Assembly: GCA_951406725.2 (NCBI GenBank)
Contig: OX597828.1
Location: forward strand, 66,588,001 to 66,652,000
Reading direction: 5' to 3'
Length of the DNA: 64,000 nt
Source: Octopus vulgaris
Lineage: Eukaryota
Both the position numbers and the translations under genes were made by a program. The notes below the pieces were generated by a model that made no database searches, was not told the DNA's origin, and saw only the letters and a list, made by a program, of their open reading frames with translations. Below are positions 26,001-38,592 of the stretch, piece by piece; within the stretch, counting starts at the first letter, position 1, and the number at the start of each line of letters is the position of its first letter.

Positions 26001-29000
26001 CAGCCCTACTATATAATTCTAAAAAACGAATAGTTACTTCATCAAAATCTCAAAGCTACAAGATGATGCAGGATTAATTCAAAACAATGTGAATAAATAA
26101 GCAATTACTTTTGACAGAATAATGTGAATACTAAAGGGTTAAACATGGATGTTCTGTTAAAACAGTCTATATTGCGATATATACCTTGAGACAAACTCTC
26201 ATATTGGCTTCTGGTGCAAAATACATCAAAGTGCAACTGCAGTTTAAGTGGGGATAGATATTACCTCTCAGTATTAATAGTGTCTTTGTTGCCAATTATA
26301 TATTTTGTAAAGACTTTATTTCTATTGAGTAAATTGCCTACTATAAATAAGAAAGAAAATTCCAAAAAGTTCATCTATGTTAAAAAGATCAGAATATTAG
26401 CTCAGTTTTGAGCCATAGACTTATTTATGGCTGTAAGGACACCACTCCACCGAAATGACTATAAAACTAATTAGTTAGTCACTATTAATGGCATTGTAGG
26501 GACAGCGTAAGAGACCAAATCTGGCCAGTTTGAGCATAAAATGGGTAGAATATTTGGGCCAGATATGGCTGGTTTAAATGCATAAGGGTTAAGCAATCTG
26601 TTCTTCCTGTGTTGTCAACAGAGGTAAGAACTCCCTAAACTTCTTCCACTCCTCTCTGACTTCAAATAATGGAGGAAAAGGAAAATCTTATAAAAAAAAT
26701 TTTCATCAGCAATGTAAAAGTGAATGGTAAGAGCAAACCAGTAAACAAAACATTAGGTTAAATAACAAAAAAAAAACTTACAGCATCACGTAAAGTTATA
26801 TCTCCACCATTCTTTAACAGCAGTTTAAGTGTGTCTGTGTTGCCCCAGGTGGCAGCGATATGTAATGGAGTAACTCCTTCCTGGGTCCTGGAGTGAAAAA
26901 GAAAAACAGGATAAAATCAGTCTCAAGTTATCACAAGATATCTTTTACAGATAAGTTTGGAACACACATCACTCACTTGCACACACCCCTCTCACACACA
27001 CACTTTAATATAGAAAACAAACCATTCCAATATAACCTAGACGTTATCAAAGAAGCTTGAGAGGCGGTTGGATGGAACTTACACTCGCCTCCTTATGAGA
27101 GCTCAAAATCTCTTGTAGAAGCATCATCCAACCAAAGTACAAATATATGGGAAATTACCACCTGTATCATCTCTTGTGAAAAGTAGAAGAGTCCAGTTTG
27201 CTGGACATTGTTGTAGAGCTGAAAACGAGGTAATTTCTACTCTTCTCCTCTGGAAGCCATCTGCTCGCAATACCAGAGGGCCCACACCCCCCTACCCTGA
27301 TGTAATCTCCAGGGATACAGGCATCCAGCAACAGGACCTCCATAATGCTATGATGGACCGTGAAGTCTGGTGTAACATAGGAAATTCCATTGTCTCGACC
27401 ACGGTCGAACAATGATGATGATAATATGTCCCACGTACTTGTAGGAATGGCTGTGGTAAGACGCTTACTTTCCAACCACATGGTTCCGAGTTCAGTCTCA
27501 CAGCATGGCACCTTCTACTATAGCCTCGGGCTGACCAAAGCCTCGAGTGGATTTGATAGACGGAGACTGAAAGTAGCCTCAATGTATATACCTATTTGCA
27601 GAGCTGGGTGTAAGTCTATTAATCATTAATTAACAAAGCTAACATTTTTGTTAACAATTTAACTTTGAAAATCATCAACGACGGACTAATTAACTTCCAT
27701 TACATTTAGCTTTTGTTAACTCAAGTCCATTAACCCCAAAATTTCATAAAAACCGGTAAATGTTTAAAAGTTTCTATTGTTTTCAGATTGTCTTAGCATA
27801 TTTAATATTGTATGAGTCATTCTTTCAACCTCGATATAACACCACTTATTATTATAAATAACTTGTAGGACTTCATTTGACCCCGCATGGATTTGAAACT
27901 AAATCCATCTGCTTGTTGCTTGCAAAGACAGTGGGAAATTTCTTAGTCCTGTCAAGAGGGGACAGTGATTGGTGTGTTTCTATTTGATCTGTGGCTTCGC
28001 TGTGTCATGGAGAGAATTATGTATATATCGTGTTTTTCATTTTTTAATTTTGTTTTTACAGCCACTTTATAAATAAACTTTTTGTTAGTTTAATATTGTG
28101 TTTCGTTTGAGTTTTTTTGCTTCGCCTTTTTCTTTAAAAAACCTAAAAAAGGGCCAAAACTATGAAATCAGCCTTTTTTAGGCCCTTTAAAATTTAAAAC
28201 TATAAAATCAGCATTTTTTAACTCTCAAACAACAAAAAAAAACATAGTCTTGGGGTCCTCAAAAAGGCCAGAAAAGCTGGTTTTATACTTTTGGCACTTT
28301 TTAACCCTTTGGTGTTTAAACCGGCCAAAACCCATTGTATCTAATTCCTCTACGAAATCCTTTAAAAAAATAAATAAGTCACGTTAGTGAATTCTCATAG
28401 CTTTGAGATAATATGAAGGCTTTTCTTCTAGAAAGCACAGAACTGGCAGAAAAGCAAAATTAACTGAGGTGGATGTCAACAGGGAAAATATTGACTTTCA
28501 TAAATTGGAAAAAATAAATGGAAGGAAAAAAGTTGGTAAATATTTTGGTTTGAATGCAAATAGCTGTTACATGGAAGCAGGGCATGCTAGAAATAGCAGT
28601 CATATCTTTGCTTTTCTGGAAAAAGGAGCCGTTTATGTGTGATTTTGATATCACATTCATTGAAAGCATGCAAAATAACCTGGAAAAGATAAAAAGACCT
28701 GCAAAACAAAAGATAAAAAGACCCGCAAATATTGAGAAGCAGCAGAAATGTTTATGCATGAGACTGAAAGCCATTGCTCTTTGTTCTAACTTGCAATACT
28801 ATCATGATTAGGTTTGTTTTTCACTTTTCAAGGTAAATAAACTTTAGTTATAGACTGAAATCAATGCAACTGCACGGCATCTGTCAATTTAAGAAATCAA
28901 TATACTCACATTTCCAGACAGATACACATGTTCATATAACCAACCATTCATTCATTGTAACATATTTTTATGAACATATTCTGTGCTTATGTAATAAAAA

Positions 29001-32000
29001 TTAGATTTCAAGCCATGGCAACCACTCTGACTCTAACCCTAATGTCAACAACGACTGCAGTCAAATATGTGTCCACAACAACAGTTTGACATTAACTCTT
29101 TAGCATTTAACCCTTTCGTTACTCTATTTATTTTGAGATGCTCTGTGTTTCTTTCAATTAATTTTAAATATAACAAAGAATTTAGTAGAATAACTTAGAA
29201 TAACATTAAGCTAGTGTTAGGAAAATAAATTGTGACTAAGGTTTGGTGGAAGATTTTAAATCAAAACTTATGAAAACAAGACATTTGTATTCAGAGCCAG
29301 AGCCGGTTTCAGCCAGGTTGGTAACGAAAGGGTTAAACTGGCTTATCCAGTCAAAACATTTTACCTGTTTCTATGTTCAAATTGGCCAAACCTATATTTG
29401 GCCTTTCACACCTACCCTACAATATCGTTCTAAAGAAATAAACAATCACATATTCAAAATCTCAAAGCTACAAGATAATGCATGATTAATTCAAAACGAT
29501 GTGAATAAATATGCAATTACATTTGACAGACTAATCTGAATGCCAAAGGGTCAAAGTTTAATGAAATATTAATTTCAAAATGTCAGTATTAGAATATAAG
29601 GAAGTTATGGTGTTTATTAAGCAGTAAAGATGGTATAGCAATTAAGCTTTAAGTGAAACCTATTTTCATGAAAGAGAGGCTATGACGAAAGACCGAGCCC
29701 TCTGGAGATATGCTGTGACTTCGAAGACCCGACGAATGAAGTGAGTTCATGGCTCGCAGGACGGCCTGCTATGCTAACCTTGGATCGTAGAGTGACCCGC
29801 TGTTCTTGAGGAGACCTATTGAGTCACCTGGCACATAAAAAACACCCACTACACTCACAGAGTGGTTGGCGTTAGGAAGGGCATCCAGCTGTAGAAACAC
29901 TGCCAGATCAGACTGGTGCCTGGTGCAGCCTCCTGGCTTCCCAGACCCCGGTCGAACCGTCCAACCCATGCTAGCATGGAAAACAGACGTTAAACGATGA
30001 TGATGATGATGACATCTAGAAAATACTTCCTTATTTCTTTAGTATGAACCAAAAGGAATATGAGGAATACAATTGCTTTTTTTCATTACATTTGTATTTC
30101 TCTTCCTGTTTGTATATCATCTAAGCTACTAGGAAATATCATTTATCAAATGATACAGAATCCTGGCACCATTCTCTTTTTTTGTCTACTTTTATCCAAT
30201 TCTTTTTACTTACTAAACCAACACCATGTACACCTATGATTCCTGAATAACACTGAGGTAGTTAAACATTTTTGTGAACCACAGTAACACTGACACCTCT
30301 TGCTTTCTTTAACCTCAACTGACTCTAAATATATGCAGTTATGATGCTTGTTGCATTAACCGTTTAACAGTTAAACCAATCATAATTGGTCCAAATATTC
30401 TACCTTTTATGTTCGAACTGGCTCAAACTGGCACGTTACACCTACCCTACTTTGTCATTCTAAAAATAAACAATCACATCAAAATCTCAAAGCTATAAAG
30501 TGATGCATGATTAATTGAGAATAATGTGAATAAATAAACTTTACATTTGACAAAGTAATACATACGCTAAATGGTTAATAGGAGCATCAATGATGGCAAT
30601 GATTTGTTAAAGCAGAACCATTAGGAAACATGTTGGCTATCTTCATCGAAGTCGAAATCAAACTCGGTGACTGGAATCTGTTGCTAGTGGAGCGCTAAGA
30701 GTACCATACGAGTGAGATCGTTGCCAGAGCAACAAGCTGGCCTTTGTGCCAGTGGCACGTTAAGCACACCATTCGAACATGATCGTTACCGTGTCGCCTT
30801 ACTAGCACTTGTGCTGGTGGCAGGTGAAAAATTCAAGTGAGGTCGTCGCCAGTGCCGCTGGACTGGCTCCTGTGCAGGTGGCATGTAAAAAGCACTATTT
30901 AGGCATTGCCATTGCCAGCACCACCAAACTGGCCCTTGTGCCGGTGGCACGTAAAAGCACCCACTAAACTCTCGGAGTGGTTGGCATTAGGAAGGGCATC
31001 CAGCTGTAGAAATTCTGCCAGATCAGATTGGAGTCTGGTTTGCCAGACCTCAGTCAAATCGTCCAACCCATGCTAGCATGGAAAGCAGATGTTAAATGAT
31101 GATGATGATGATGATGATGATGAGACACATATTAATCTATACACATGTAAGTATACACAAAAGAACTCTTTCTCTACAACCCTTACAAACAAAATTCCAA
31201 TAACCAACCCCTACTTTTACATGCCACTCAGAACACACCTTCAACTGATGGTTTCTGAAGTTTCCCTATCAGGAATAACTCTCATCATATTTCACAAAGA
31301 ACCTTAGTAATTCATCAAACAAAAGGTCTTTTCAAAAACCCAAAATGAAAAAAATTTCTGTCCCCACTCTGCCTCTGTCTGTCTCTCTGTCTCTCTCTCT
31401 CTCTCTCACACACACACACTGGCCACAAAGATTATTCAGTAAACATTAACCCTGAAGTTCAGTCTTGTGCAGGTTAGGTTCACACAATTCTACTGTTAAA
31501 TAAGTAATTTTAACAATCTACTCCAGATATGAAATACCCAAGCCATCCCCCACAACCAACAGAAGTCAAAAAAAAAGAAAGAAAAAAAAAAGTGAAAATA
31601 TACTAATAAATAAATAATATGAAACAATGACAGTTATGTGACATTTAATGAAATTAATATCATCCTGCCCTCATTACAATCTGTCCTATATTTAATCATA
31701 TACTTATTTACAGAATACACACCACACCAACACAAGCAGCAGCACACACACACACACACACACACACATCTACATGTATATACATAGATATGAACACACA
31801 TGCACAATACACATACCGTTACCATAATGTTCACTTTCCCCTGCTTGCATGAGCCAAATGGAATTCATTGAGGCAGACTTTCTACTGCCAGATGCCCTGT
31901 TTGTCACCGTTCTTCACCTGTTCCAAAGAAAAGTAGCATTTCTCCCATGGCCAGACATATTTTCAGAAGATCAGAAAGGAGGAACACCACTTCAACGACA

Positions 32001-35000
32001 GTATCACTTGTTTACGACTATCAATATAAAGATGAAGACACACACTCGCATGCACACGCACACACATGCATGCATGCACACACACACACACATACACACG
32101 TGCCTTCCTTGTCTTCATATTATGCAGTACTTGTAAATGAGTGTCATTGTCAGAGACTCAGTGTCATTAATTTCCAATAATCTATGGTAATGGGGGAAAT
32201 ATTACTTTGCTTGGAACAAGTAAGGGTGGTAACAAGAAGGGCATCCAATCAGAAAATTGACCCAATGCTAGCAAGGAAAAGTGGACATTAACCCTTTTGA
32301 TACCAACCCACCTGAAACTGCCCCTGGTTCCAAACTTACTGTTTTAAAGTGATCTAAATTATAATCTTCCATCAGAATTGATATCAATTTTACCCGTGAC
32401 ACCAGCTTAATAAGGAGGAATTACAACCGTGTTTCGTGGTCTGCTACCACAACAGCCCCTTTATAGGATCCAGTTAGCTCAAGACATCATCAGGAGGAAC
32501 CACGTCTGGTTTCGGCCCCTACTCCTCTACCGTTTTGACGTGGTAAGGCCACTCCCTTTCGGAGAAAGTTATTTTACTAAATTCTTCATCATTTTAAAAC
32601 TTCAATTGAAACAAAAGCATTATATGTTAACAGAAATAGGGTAACAAAAGGGTTAAAATGGTGGTGGTGGTAGTCTTCCTCCTACCCTGTTGTTTGCCAT
32701 ATGTTTCTGGGTCAACAACTATGAATAACAATAAAGTTTCTACATTCAAGCATAAATGAACATAATTTTGTTTTTTTTAATAAAATTGTATATTTTTTAG
32801 AGAACTGCCATTTTTCAGTGTCAGACCCTAATTTGAGAAATTGACAGTTTGCAACTAGTCTCTGGCACTGCCCTCTTCCCTACTGGCTTAGTCTACATAA
32901 ACTACAAATAAATACAATCAAACCTGAGTTGTTATAGCTGATTTCTTACATAAGCACAAGGACTAAAACTCAAGTCAATTATAGTGACTCAATTGCTGCA
33001 ACTTTATTGACCCCAGAAAGTTAAAGTTGAGCTTGGAAGAATATTGAACTCAGAAAGTAAAAGGCTATAAATAAATACCTATTTCTTTACTACCCACAAG
33101 AGGCTAAACATAGAGGGGACAAACAAGAACAGACAAACGGATTAAGCCAATTATATCAACCCCAGTGTGTAACTGGTACTTAATTTATCAACCCCGAAAG
33201 GATGAAAGGCAAAGTCGACCTTGGCGGAATTTGAACTCAGAACATAACAGCAGACAAAATACGGCTATGCATTTTGTCCGGCGTGCTAATGTTTCTGCCA
33301 GCTCGCTGCCTTCAAAGGCTATAAATAAATACCACAAAGCAAGTACTGTCGATCCACTACCCTCTGAGTACTGGTATGGGCCACATTTTTTGAGAAGCAG
33401 GCCACATAAAACATGATCTTCATTAGGTGGGCCATAGTGTAAAAAAAAATTCCTAAATTCACAAGGGCCACATTTTGGCCATGACTTGTATAAATTATCA
33501 AGTATTTTGTTAGCCTACAGTAAAGCCTAGAAACAAAGGAACTGCCAGGCTGGTTTCTCATCGATACAGTGTAAGGAACCAACATTCATTTTATGTAGTA
33601 CAGCTCTAATCATATATTCTACAGAAGGTAGGAAAGTATTAGCAGCAAAGGAAGGTGACCAAGTCCCTACCAAGAAGCAAAACAAGGTTACAAAACCAAT
33701 TCAGAGAAACGTTTGATAACAATAAGGTTGGTACCTGCCACTTTAAAACTTCTAAAATAAGCAATGTTTTAGATAAGTAAAGCTGTCTAAGAGCATATAA
33801 CGTCTGCAATAGAAGATAAACTTAAGCTTCAAGAGTTGCCTACTTCATCTGCACAGTAAATATACTTTCCTTAAATAAATACCAAGAATTTACAGTGAGT
33901 GAGAGAAGAAATATGGGAAGCTGTGGCATTTGAGCTTCGTCAAGAGCATTGTTAAAGAGTATAATTAACAAAGGAGAAGAGGCAGCTAAGTAGAACTATT
34001 TATAATGTTGGTTTTTTTTTTAACAATGTTCAGAGCATTGATAGGGGAATGGAAATGCTGATCAAATCAATTCCAGTAACGAGCTGGTACTATTTAATTG
34101 GCCTTGGAAAAGTTGACAAGCAAAATTGTCCTTGTCAGGATTTGAACTCAGAATGTAAAAGAACATTATATAGACGCAAGGGTGGCTGCATGGAAGGTGG
34201 CGAGCTGGCAGAAACATTAGCATGCCAGGCGAAATGCTTAGTGGTATTTTGTCTGTATGTTCTAAGTTCAAATTCAGCTGAGGTCGACTTTGCCTTCCAT
34301 CCTTTCGGGGTCAATAAATTAAGAAGCAGTTATGCACTGGGGTCAATGTATTTGACTTAATCCGTTTGTCTGTCCTTGTTTGTCCCCTCTGTGTTTAGCC
34401 CCTTGTGGGTAGTAAAGAAATAGAAATAGGTATTTTGTCTGCCGTTACGTTCTGAGTTCAAATTCCGGCGAGGTCGACTTTGCCTTCCATCCTTTCGGGG
34501 TCAATAAATTAAGTACCAGTTATGCACTGGGGTCAATCTATTCGACTTAATCCGTTTGTCTGTCCTTGTTTGTCCCCTCTGTGTTTAGCCCCTTGTGGGT
34601 AGTAAAGAAATAGAAATAGGTATTTCGTCTGCCGCTACGTTCTGAGTTCAAATTCCGGCGAGGTCAACTTTGCCTTCCATCCTTTCGGAGTCAATAAATT
34701 AAGTAGCAATTATGCACTGGGGTCAATGTATTCGACTTAATCCATTTGTCTGTCCTTGTTTGTCCCCTAGTAAAGAAATATATTACATATTTATGTGTGT
34801 GTGTGGTTGCCCCACCTCACCTCCTGACAACCAGTGTTTGTTTGTTTGGTAAAAGTAGCAAACTTAAAAAAAAAAAAAAAAAAACTGGGATTGATATGGT
34901 TGACTAAAACCCTCCAAGGCAGTCCCCCAACATGGCTACAGTCCAAAGACTGAAACAAGTGAACAATAAAAGATGATAAATGATCTTGATTTCATAACTT

Positions 35001-35992
35001 GAACTATAATAGAAACAAAGACAAGCAAAACAACATGGAAACTTTTTAACTAAGGAAAATACATCCAACATTTTAGCATTTAAACTGGCCATACCTGACT
35101 CAAGTATTCTAGCAGTTTTTATGTTCAAACCAGTCACATCTACCCTACAATGTCATTCTAAAAATTCACAATCACATCTTTGAAATCTTGAAGCTACAAA
35201 ATATCCTCAAAGGATTTTTAGTTTAATAAGCCTGGTACTTATGCTATCAGTTTCTTTTGCTGAACTGCTAAGTTATGGGGAAGGAAAAACACCAAAACCA
35301 GTTGTGAAGCAGTGCTGGAAGACAAGTACAGAAACACAAACATGCGCGTGCACTTACACACACACACAGAGGTTTCTTTCAGTTTCCATCTACCAAATCC
35401 ACTGATAAGGTTTTGGTTGGCCTACAGCTATAGTAGAAGACTTGCCCAATGTACCAATTGGCACTTTTATTTTCCTACTTTATATACCTTCCACACTTTT
35501 TGCCAGTCCACCAGACAGTACTTCCTCTTGACCACCCCACATATAAAGGATAAAGATCCTTCCCAAGTCATATAGACTCATAGGGCCAGTTTCCTGCTTC
35601 CCATGGCATATACATTACCCCCACTGGATGGAGCACTGACCTGTAGCAGGATTACTCAATTTTGCCAGCTAAGTAGACTGGAGTGACATGAAATGAAGGG
35701 TTTTGCTCAAGAACACAACATGATGCCTGGTCCAGGAATTGAAACCACAATATTACGATCATGAGTCCAACCACAAAGCCATATGCCTCCATCCTACATA
35801 TACTCTACAGTTCTCTGTTAGTCTTCCAGATGTCCATCAGCAACATGAATTTACGAAAGGAAAATATAATGTAATACACCACGACACCAAGTGAGGATAT
35901 AATTAGAAAAGTATTGGTTAATGAGAGTTAAAGCATTAGTTAATTAGTAATAGTAACGATGAGAAACAGCTGAAAACCTGTATATGTACACA

Positions 35993-36027
<35 letters not shown>

Positions 36028-37750
36028 CAGAGTTTGAGTGTGTATATGAGAGTGTGTATGTAAGAGAGAGAGACAGACAGTGTATGAAAGAGAAAGAGAG
36101 AGAGAGAGTGTGTGTGTGTGTGTGTGTGTGTGAGTATGTATGAGATATAGAGATTGTGTGTGAAAGAAAGAAAAAGGAGAGAATAAAGAGGAAAAGCAAG
36201 AGGTGGGAATTATGAGGCTGAAAGAGAGGAAGTGTCCCCGAGGATGTAGGAAGAGTGGGAGAGAGAGATAATGTGTTAAACATTGAGATAAAGGAGAATG
36301 GAAGTGCTTAAGTGGTTTTCAGAAGAGAAAGACAGTGTGTGTGTGTGTGCGTGTCAGTATGAATAATTAAGAATTTAGGCTAATTCCTGTCATTAACAAT
36401 AAAGGTGAAGTGACAGGAACCCAGACAAATATGAATAAAATAAGTTCACTACTAAGAACAGTGTAAGACATAAAATAGGTGAATGGCTAAAGATAAAGCT
36501 GCCAAACTTTTCAAGAAATCACCCAAATCACCTAAATTCATAAACTTTTTAGGACTTCACTGAGTCTTAATCACATCTTTAGTAAATATATATATGATGG
36601 GTTCTCCTGTTGGTCTTGATGTATGAGGAACTGACACCCCGCACTTCCTTTGTCAGAATTATATTGCTTATGTCGAATGTGACATTTGAATCTCGGCAGT
36701 GATTTACAAGTACGAGGATCAGGGGTCGGTGCAGGCAGTATATTTGCAGCCCCTCTTCTCTTTTGCCTTGCACCGCTAATAATATATATTATTCTTTAAC
36801 AAGGATAACATTGTCAAAGTTTTGGTCAACTAAGCCATCATCAGCTGTCCAATGATGGGCTTAGCTGGTTGGAACTTTGAAGTCACAAGAAACCAAATCT
36901 GCCGTCACCAGCCTTATCATATGAATAAAAAACAGATAAAGATCCTTCCCAAGTCACATAGACTTGGGTTGGTTTCCCAGTTTCCATGGTGTATATATTC
37001 CTCACCTGGACAGGACATTGGGCCATTGCATGATTGCTCATTTTTGCCTGCTGAGTGGAACAGAGCAACATGAAATGAAATATTTTGTTCAAGAACAGAA
37101 CGCATCACCCAGTCCAGGAACTGAAACCACAATTTCACACTCATGGGTCCAACACCTTAACCACTAAGCTAGGGGCCTCCACTATCATATGAATAACATA
37201 TAAAAAAATTTTTTTAAATGGTTGCCTAAAACATCAAGATTCTGAACATCATCGAAGTAGGGGGTGAGAGTAGTTTTAGAATTCAAAAGACAGATGAAAC
37301 ATCCTCATCATCATCATAGTTTAACGTCCGCTTTCCATGCTAGCATGGGTTAGACGATTTTGACTGAGGGTTGGCAAACCAGATTGCTGCACCAGGTTCC
37401 AATCTTGATTTGGGAGAGTTTCTACAGCTGGATGCCCTTCCTAACGCCAACCAGTCCGAGAGTGTAGTGGGTGCTTTTTACGTGCCACCGGCATGGGGTC
37501 CAGTCAGGCGGTACTGGTAACGACCTCGCTCGAATCCTTTTACACATGCCACCAGAACAGGTGCCAGTAAGGCGATCAAAAATATAGAGAAAAGGCAAAT
37601 AAATACCTGAGGTTAGGGTTGCCACCATATTCAAGCAGTAAATGTGTGATGGATTTATTAATTCCAGGGCCCAAATGAATTGGGGCAATATCATCATCAT
37701 GGAACAGCGCATTGGGATCAATACCATCTTCTAGAAGCTGTCGGACTTTC
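10594..37750 (-). CDS. ANKLE1: Ankyrin repeat and LEM domain-containing protein 1 (ANKLE1/LEM-3-like GIY-YIG endonuclease), spliced gene span. Coding exons: 37607-37750, 26782-26887, 23510-23645, 15624-21437, 14061-14264, 13419-13543, 11529-11658, 10594-10766. 5'-most coding exon not identified
   Basis: All eight exons have AG acceptors and the seven internal donors are GT. Intron phases from the upstream intron onward (2,2,0,1,1,1,0,1) join them into one ORF: ankyrin repeats, long linker, LEM motif (PGPITSTTRGMY), then the ANKLE1-type GIY-YIG domain (FTYLLLDPR...IFYVGKGTRDRPYSHLYEA...EAHSREACIIDAIG...LTNK...IFLAEGERQI). Confidence 0.93.
11529..11658 (-). CDS. ANKLE1: ANKLE1 coding exon (NDEKLSHIIDIWNDEQGVISLHCFQGVISDEAHSREACIIDAI)
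   Basis: ttttttcag acceptor and gtaata donor; 130 nt, phase 0-1; contains the conserved EA..REAC motif with the putative metal-binding Glu. Confidence 0.93.
11992..12250 (+). mobile_element. pogo/Tigger-type non-autonomous DNA transposon fragment (Tigger4/Zombi-like)
   Basis: gttgaaaatccattatccga...gggactggga...gtctaaacacaa...cttatagacatactctgaa...aaccatcagaaa is colinear with the Tigger4 consensus as I recall it; unverified. Confidence 0.5.
12290..12760 (-). mobile_element. 3' end of a CR1/L2-like LINE (ORF2 C-terminus, decayed)
   Basis: Minus-strand translation LDYWNRLKNLRLCSLHR..LYIICMMWKI...FKRSLDD...IPDKPSTPRY. Confidence 0.7.
13419..13543 (-). CDS. ANKLE1: ANKLE1 coding exon, YIG motif (FVYAIFYVGKGTRDRPYSHLYEA)
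   Basis: ttttcag acceptor and AAG|gtaagc donor; 125 nt, phase 1-0. Confidence 0.94.
13600..14030 (-). mobile_element. RTE-type LINE ORF2 fragment filling most of the intron between two GIY-YIG exons
   Basis: Minus translation SESIVARIRSEWRKFKQLL...FSLRVKG...AMLHGGETWA...WFGHVM, with stops. Confidence 0.75.
14061..14264 (-). CDS. ANKLE1: ANKLE1 coding exon, start of GIY-YIG domain (DYPVTL...KHFFTYLLLDPRVTKNLP)
   Basis: ttattaccag acceptor and gtgagt donor; 204 nt, phase 1-1; FTYLLLDPR is the ANKLE1/LEM-3 'GIY' strand. Confidence 0.93.
15624..21437 (-). CDS. ANKLE1: ANKLE1 giant coding exon (5,814 nt): Ser-rich, likely disordered linker ending in the LEM domain (~15655-15771)
   Basis: Lies inside the 1987-aa ORF 15532-21495. 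ttttttag acceptor at 21438-21439 and CAG|gtaagg donor at 15622-15623; phase 1-1 matches both neighbouring exons. LEM-like FTDDGLKKIF...HPGPITSTTRGMYINRL at its end. Confidence 0.9.
23510..23645 (-). CDS. ANKLE1: ANKLE1 coding exon, last ankyrin repeat (DGNTALDMAQNYAHEDCIRILQRHSQKLKSKLDAHLRQLKRSCSL)
   Basis: tattccag acceptor and gtaagt donor; 136 nt, phase 0-1; DGNTALDMA...C..IL capping ankyrin motif. Confidence 0.9.
24145..24330 (+). mobile_element. RTE LINE ORF2 C-terminal fragment
   Basis: YGHVM..DEDSCIK...GTCGRGRPRKMW.EV.K.DL..LSFTEAMT. Confidence 0.75.
24925..25224 (-). mobile_element. tRNA-derived SINE (head ggaggcgcaatggcccagtggttagggcagcggac...gtttcgattccc); partial copies at ~41238-41400 and 45440-45612
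   Basis: Pol III A/B box head; body repeated elsewhere in the window. Confidence 0.75.
25915..26138 (+). mobile_element. TTAA-flanked piggyBac-like MITE, family A (ccctttagcatttaaaccggcc...ctaaaggg). Copies at ~5640, 10930, 29096, 30360, 35070, 42705, 45725 and 53026
   Basis: TTAA on both sides; terminal inverted CCCTTTAG/CTAAAGGG. Confidence 0.8.
26782..26887 (-). CDS. ANKLE1: ANKLE1 coding exon, ankyrin repeat (TQEGVTPLHIAATWGNTDTLKLLLKNGGDITLRDA)
   Basis: ttttcactccag acceptor and gtaagt donor; 106 nt, phase 2-0; canonical TPLHIAA..G ankyrin consensus. Not in the ORF track; read by hand. Confidence 0.93.
27035..27425 (+). mobile_element. 5'-truncated RTE-clade LINE; shorter copies at 44082-44287 (+) and 46123-46235 (-)
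   Basis: TLSKKLERRLDGTYTRLLMRA...RRVQFAGHCCR...LLLWKP...DTG..MMDREVW, followed by a (tga)n tail. Confidence 0.85.
29111..29332 (+). mobile_element. piggyBac-like MITE, family B (TIR CCCTTTCGTTAC), nested in a family-A MITE (29096-29550). Other copies at 8010-8218, 32292-32652, 40152-40366 and 47455-47671
   Basis: ttaa|ccctttcgttac ... gtaacgaaaggg|ttaa. Confidence 0.88.
37607..37750 (-). CDS. ANKLE1: ANKLE1 coding exon, ankyrin repeats (KVRQLLEDGIDPNALFHDDDIAPIHLGPGINKSITHLLLEYGGNPNLR)
   Basis: tttttcag acceptor and AG|gtattt donor; 144 nt, phase 2-2; ankyrin-type LLxxGxxPN motifs. Confidence 0.88.
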
Positions 37751-38592
37751 CTGAAAAATAAACAAAGAAATACAGTGAATACAACAACATAGTGTATATT
37801 GCAACTGTAAGTTAATGGGAACAAACTATTTTGACATCAAATTTTGGCACAAGGCCAGCATTTTGAGGGAGGGGGTAAATCGATTACATCGGCCCTAGTT
37901 CACAACTGCTCTATATTTTATTGACCCTGAAAGGATAAACGGCAAAGTCAACCACAGCAGAATTTGAACTCAGAACATAAAGGCAGACAAAAACACTACT
38001 AAGCATTTTATCTGTCGTGCTAAAGATTCTGCCAGTTCACTTAACTTTATGAAAACAAAATATATTACCTTGAAACATAGTTTACTAAATCAATTTTATC
38101 ACATTACGTGACAATAAAAGGAATACAATTGAGCAGAAATAAAAAGAACAAGTACAATGATAGCTATGAAGACAAGAGCCACAATAAAACCATAATGGAC
38201 TTGCAATCTGTTCATTAAAGAGTCACAGCTGCGGATAATATAAAAGCAAAAAAATAAAAGATTTAAAAAATGTAAATATGATTATAATTTATCAGACTAT
38301 ATCAACCTGACTGCAAGAGGTGAAAGATTTTTTTTTTTACTATTTACATTGATGTATATATTGATATAAATACATACATACCAACACATATATATGCATA
38401 CACATGCACACACAAACACATATGTACGTGCTTACACAACACACACACAAACATATATATATATATTGGCCTGCTTGCTTAGCCAGCGGGGTGGCGTCAC
38501 TGAAGGCTAAAACAATATGAAGCACGTTGTGACCAGCGATGTGTAAGAACATCTGATGGCCTGGACAGCCATGTGATTATGTGATATATATA

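Noticed and set aside
27600-29030. Possible hAT-like remnants and ORF 28554-28811
   Set aside because: No convincing TIR pair, TSD or transposase motif could be established by eye.
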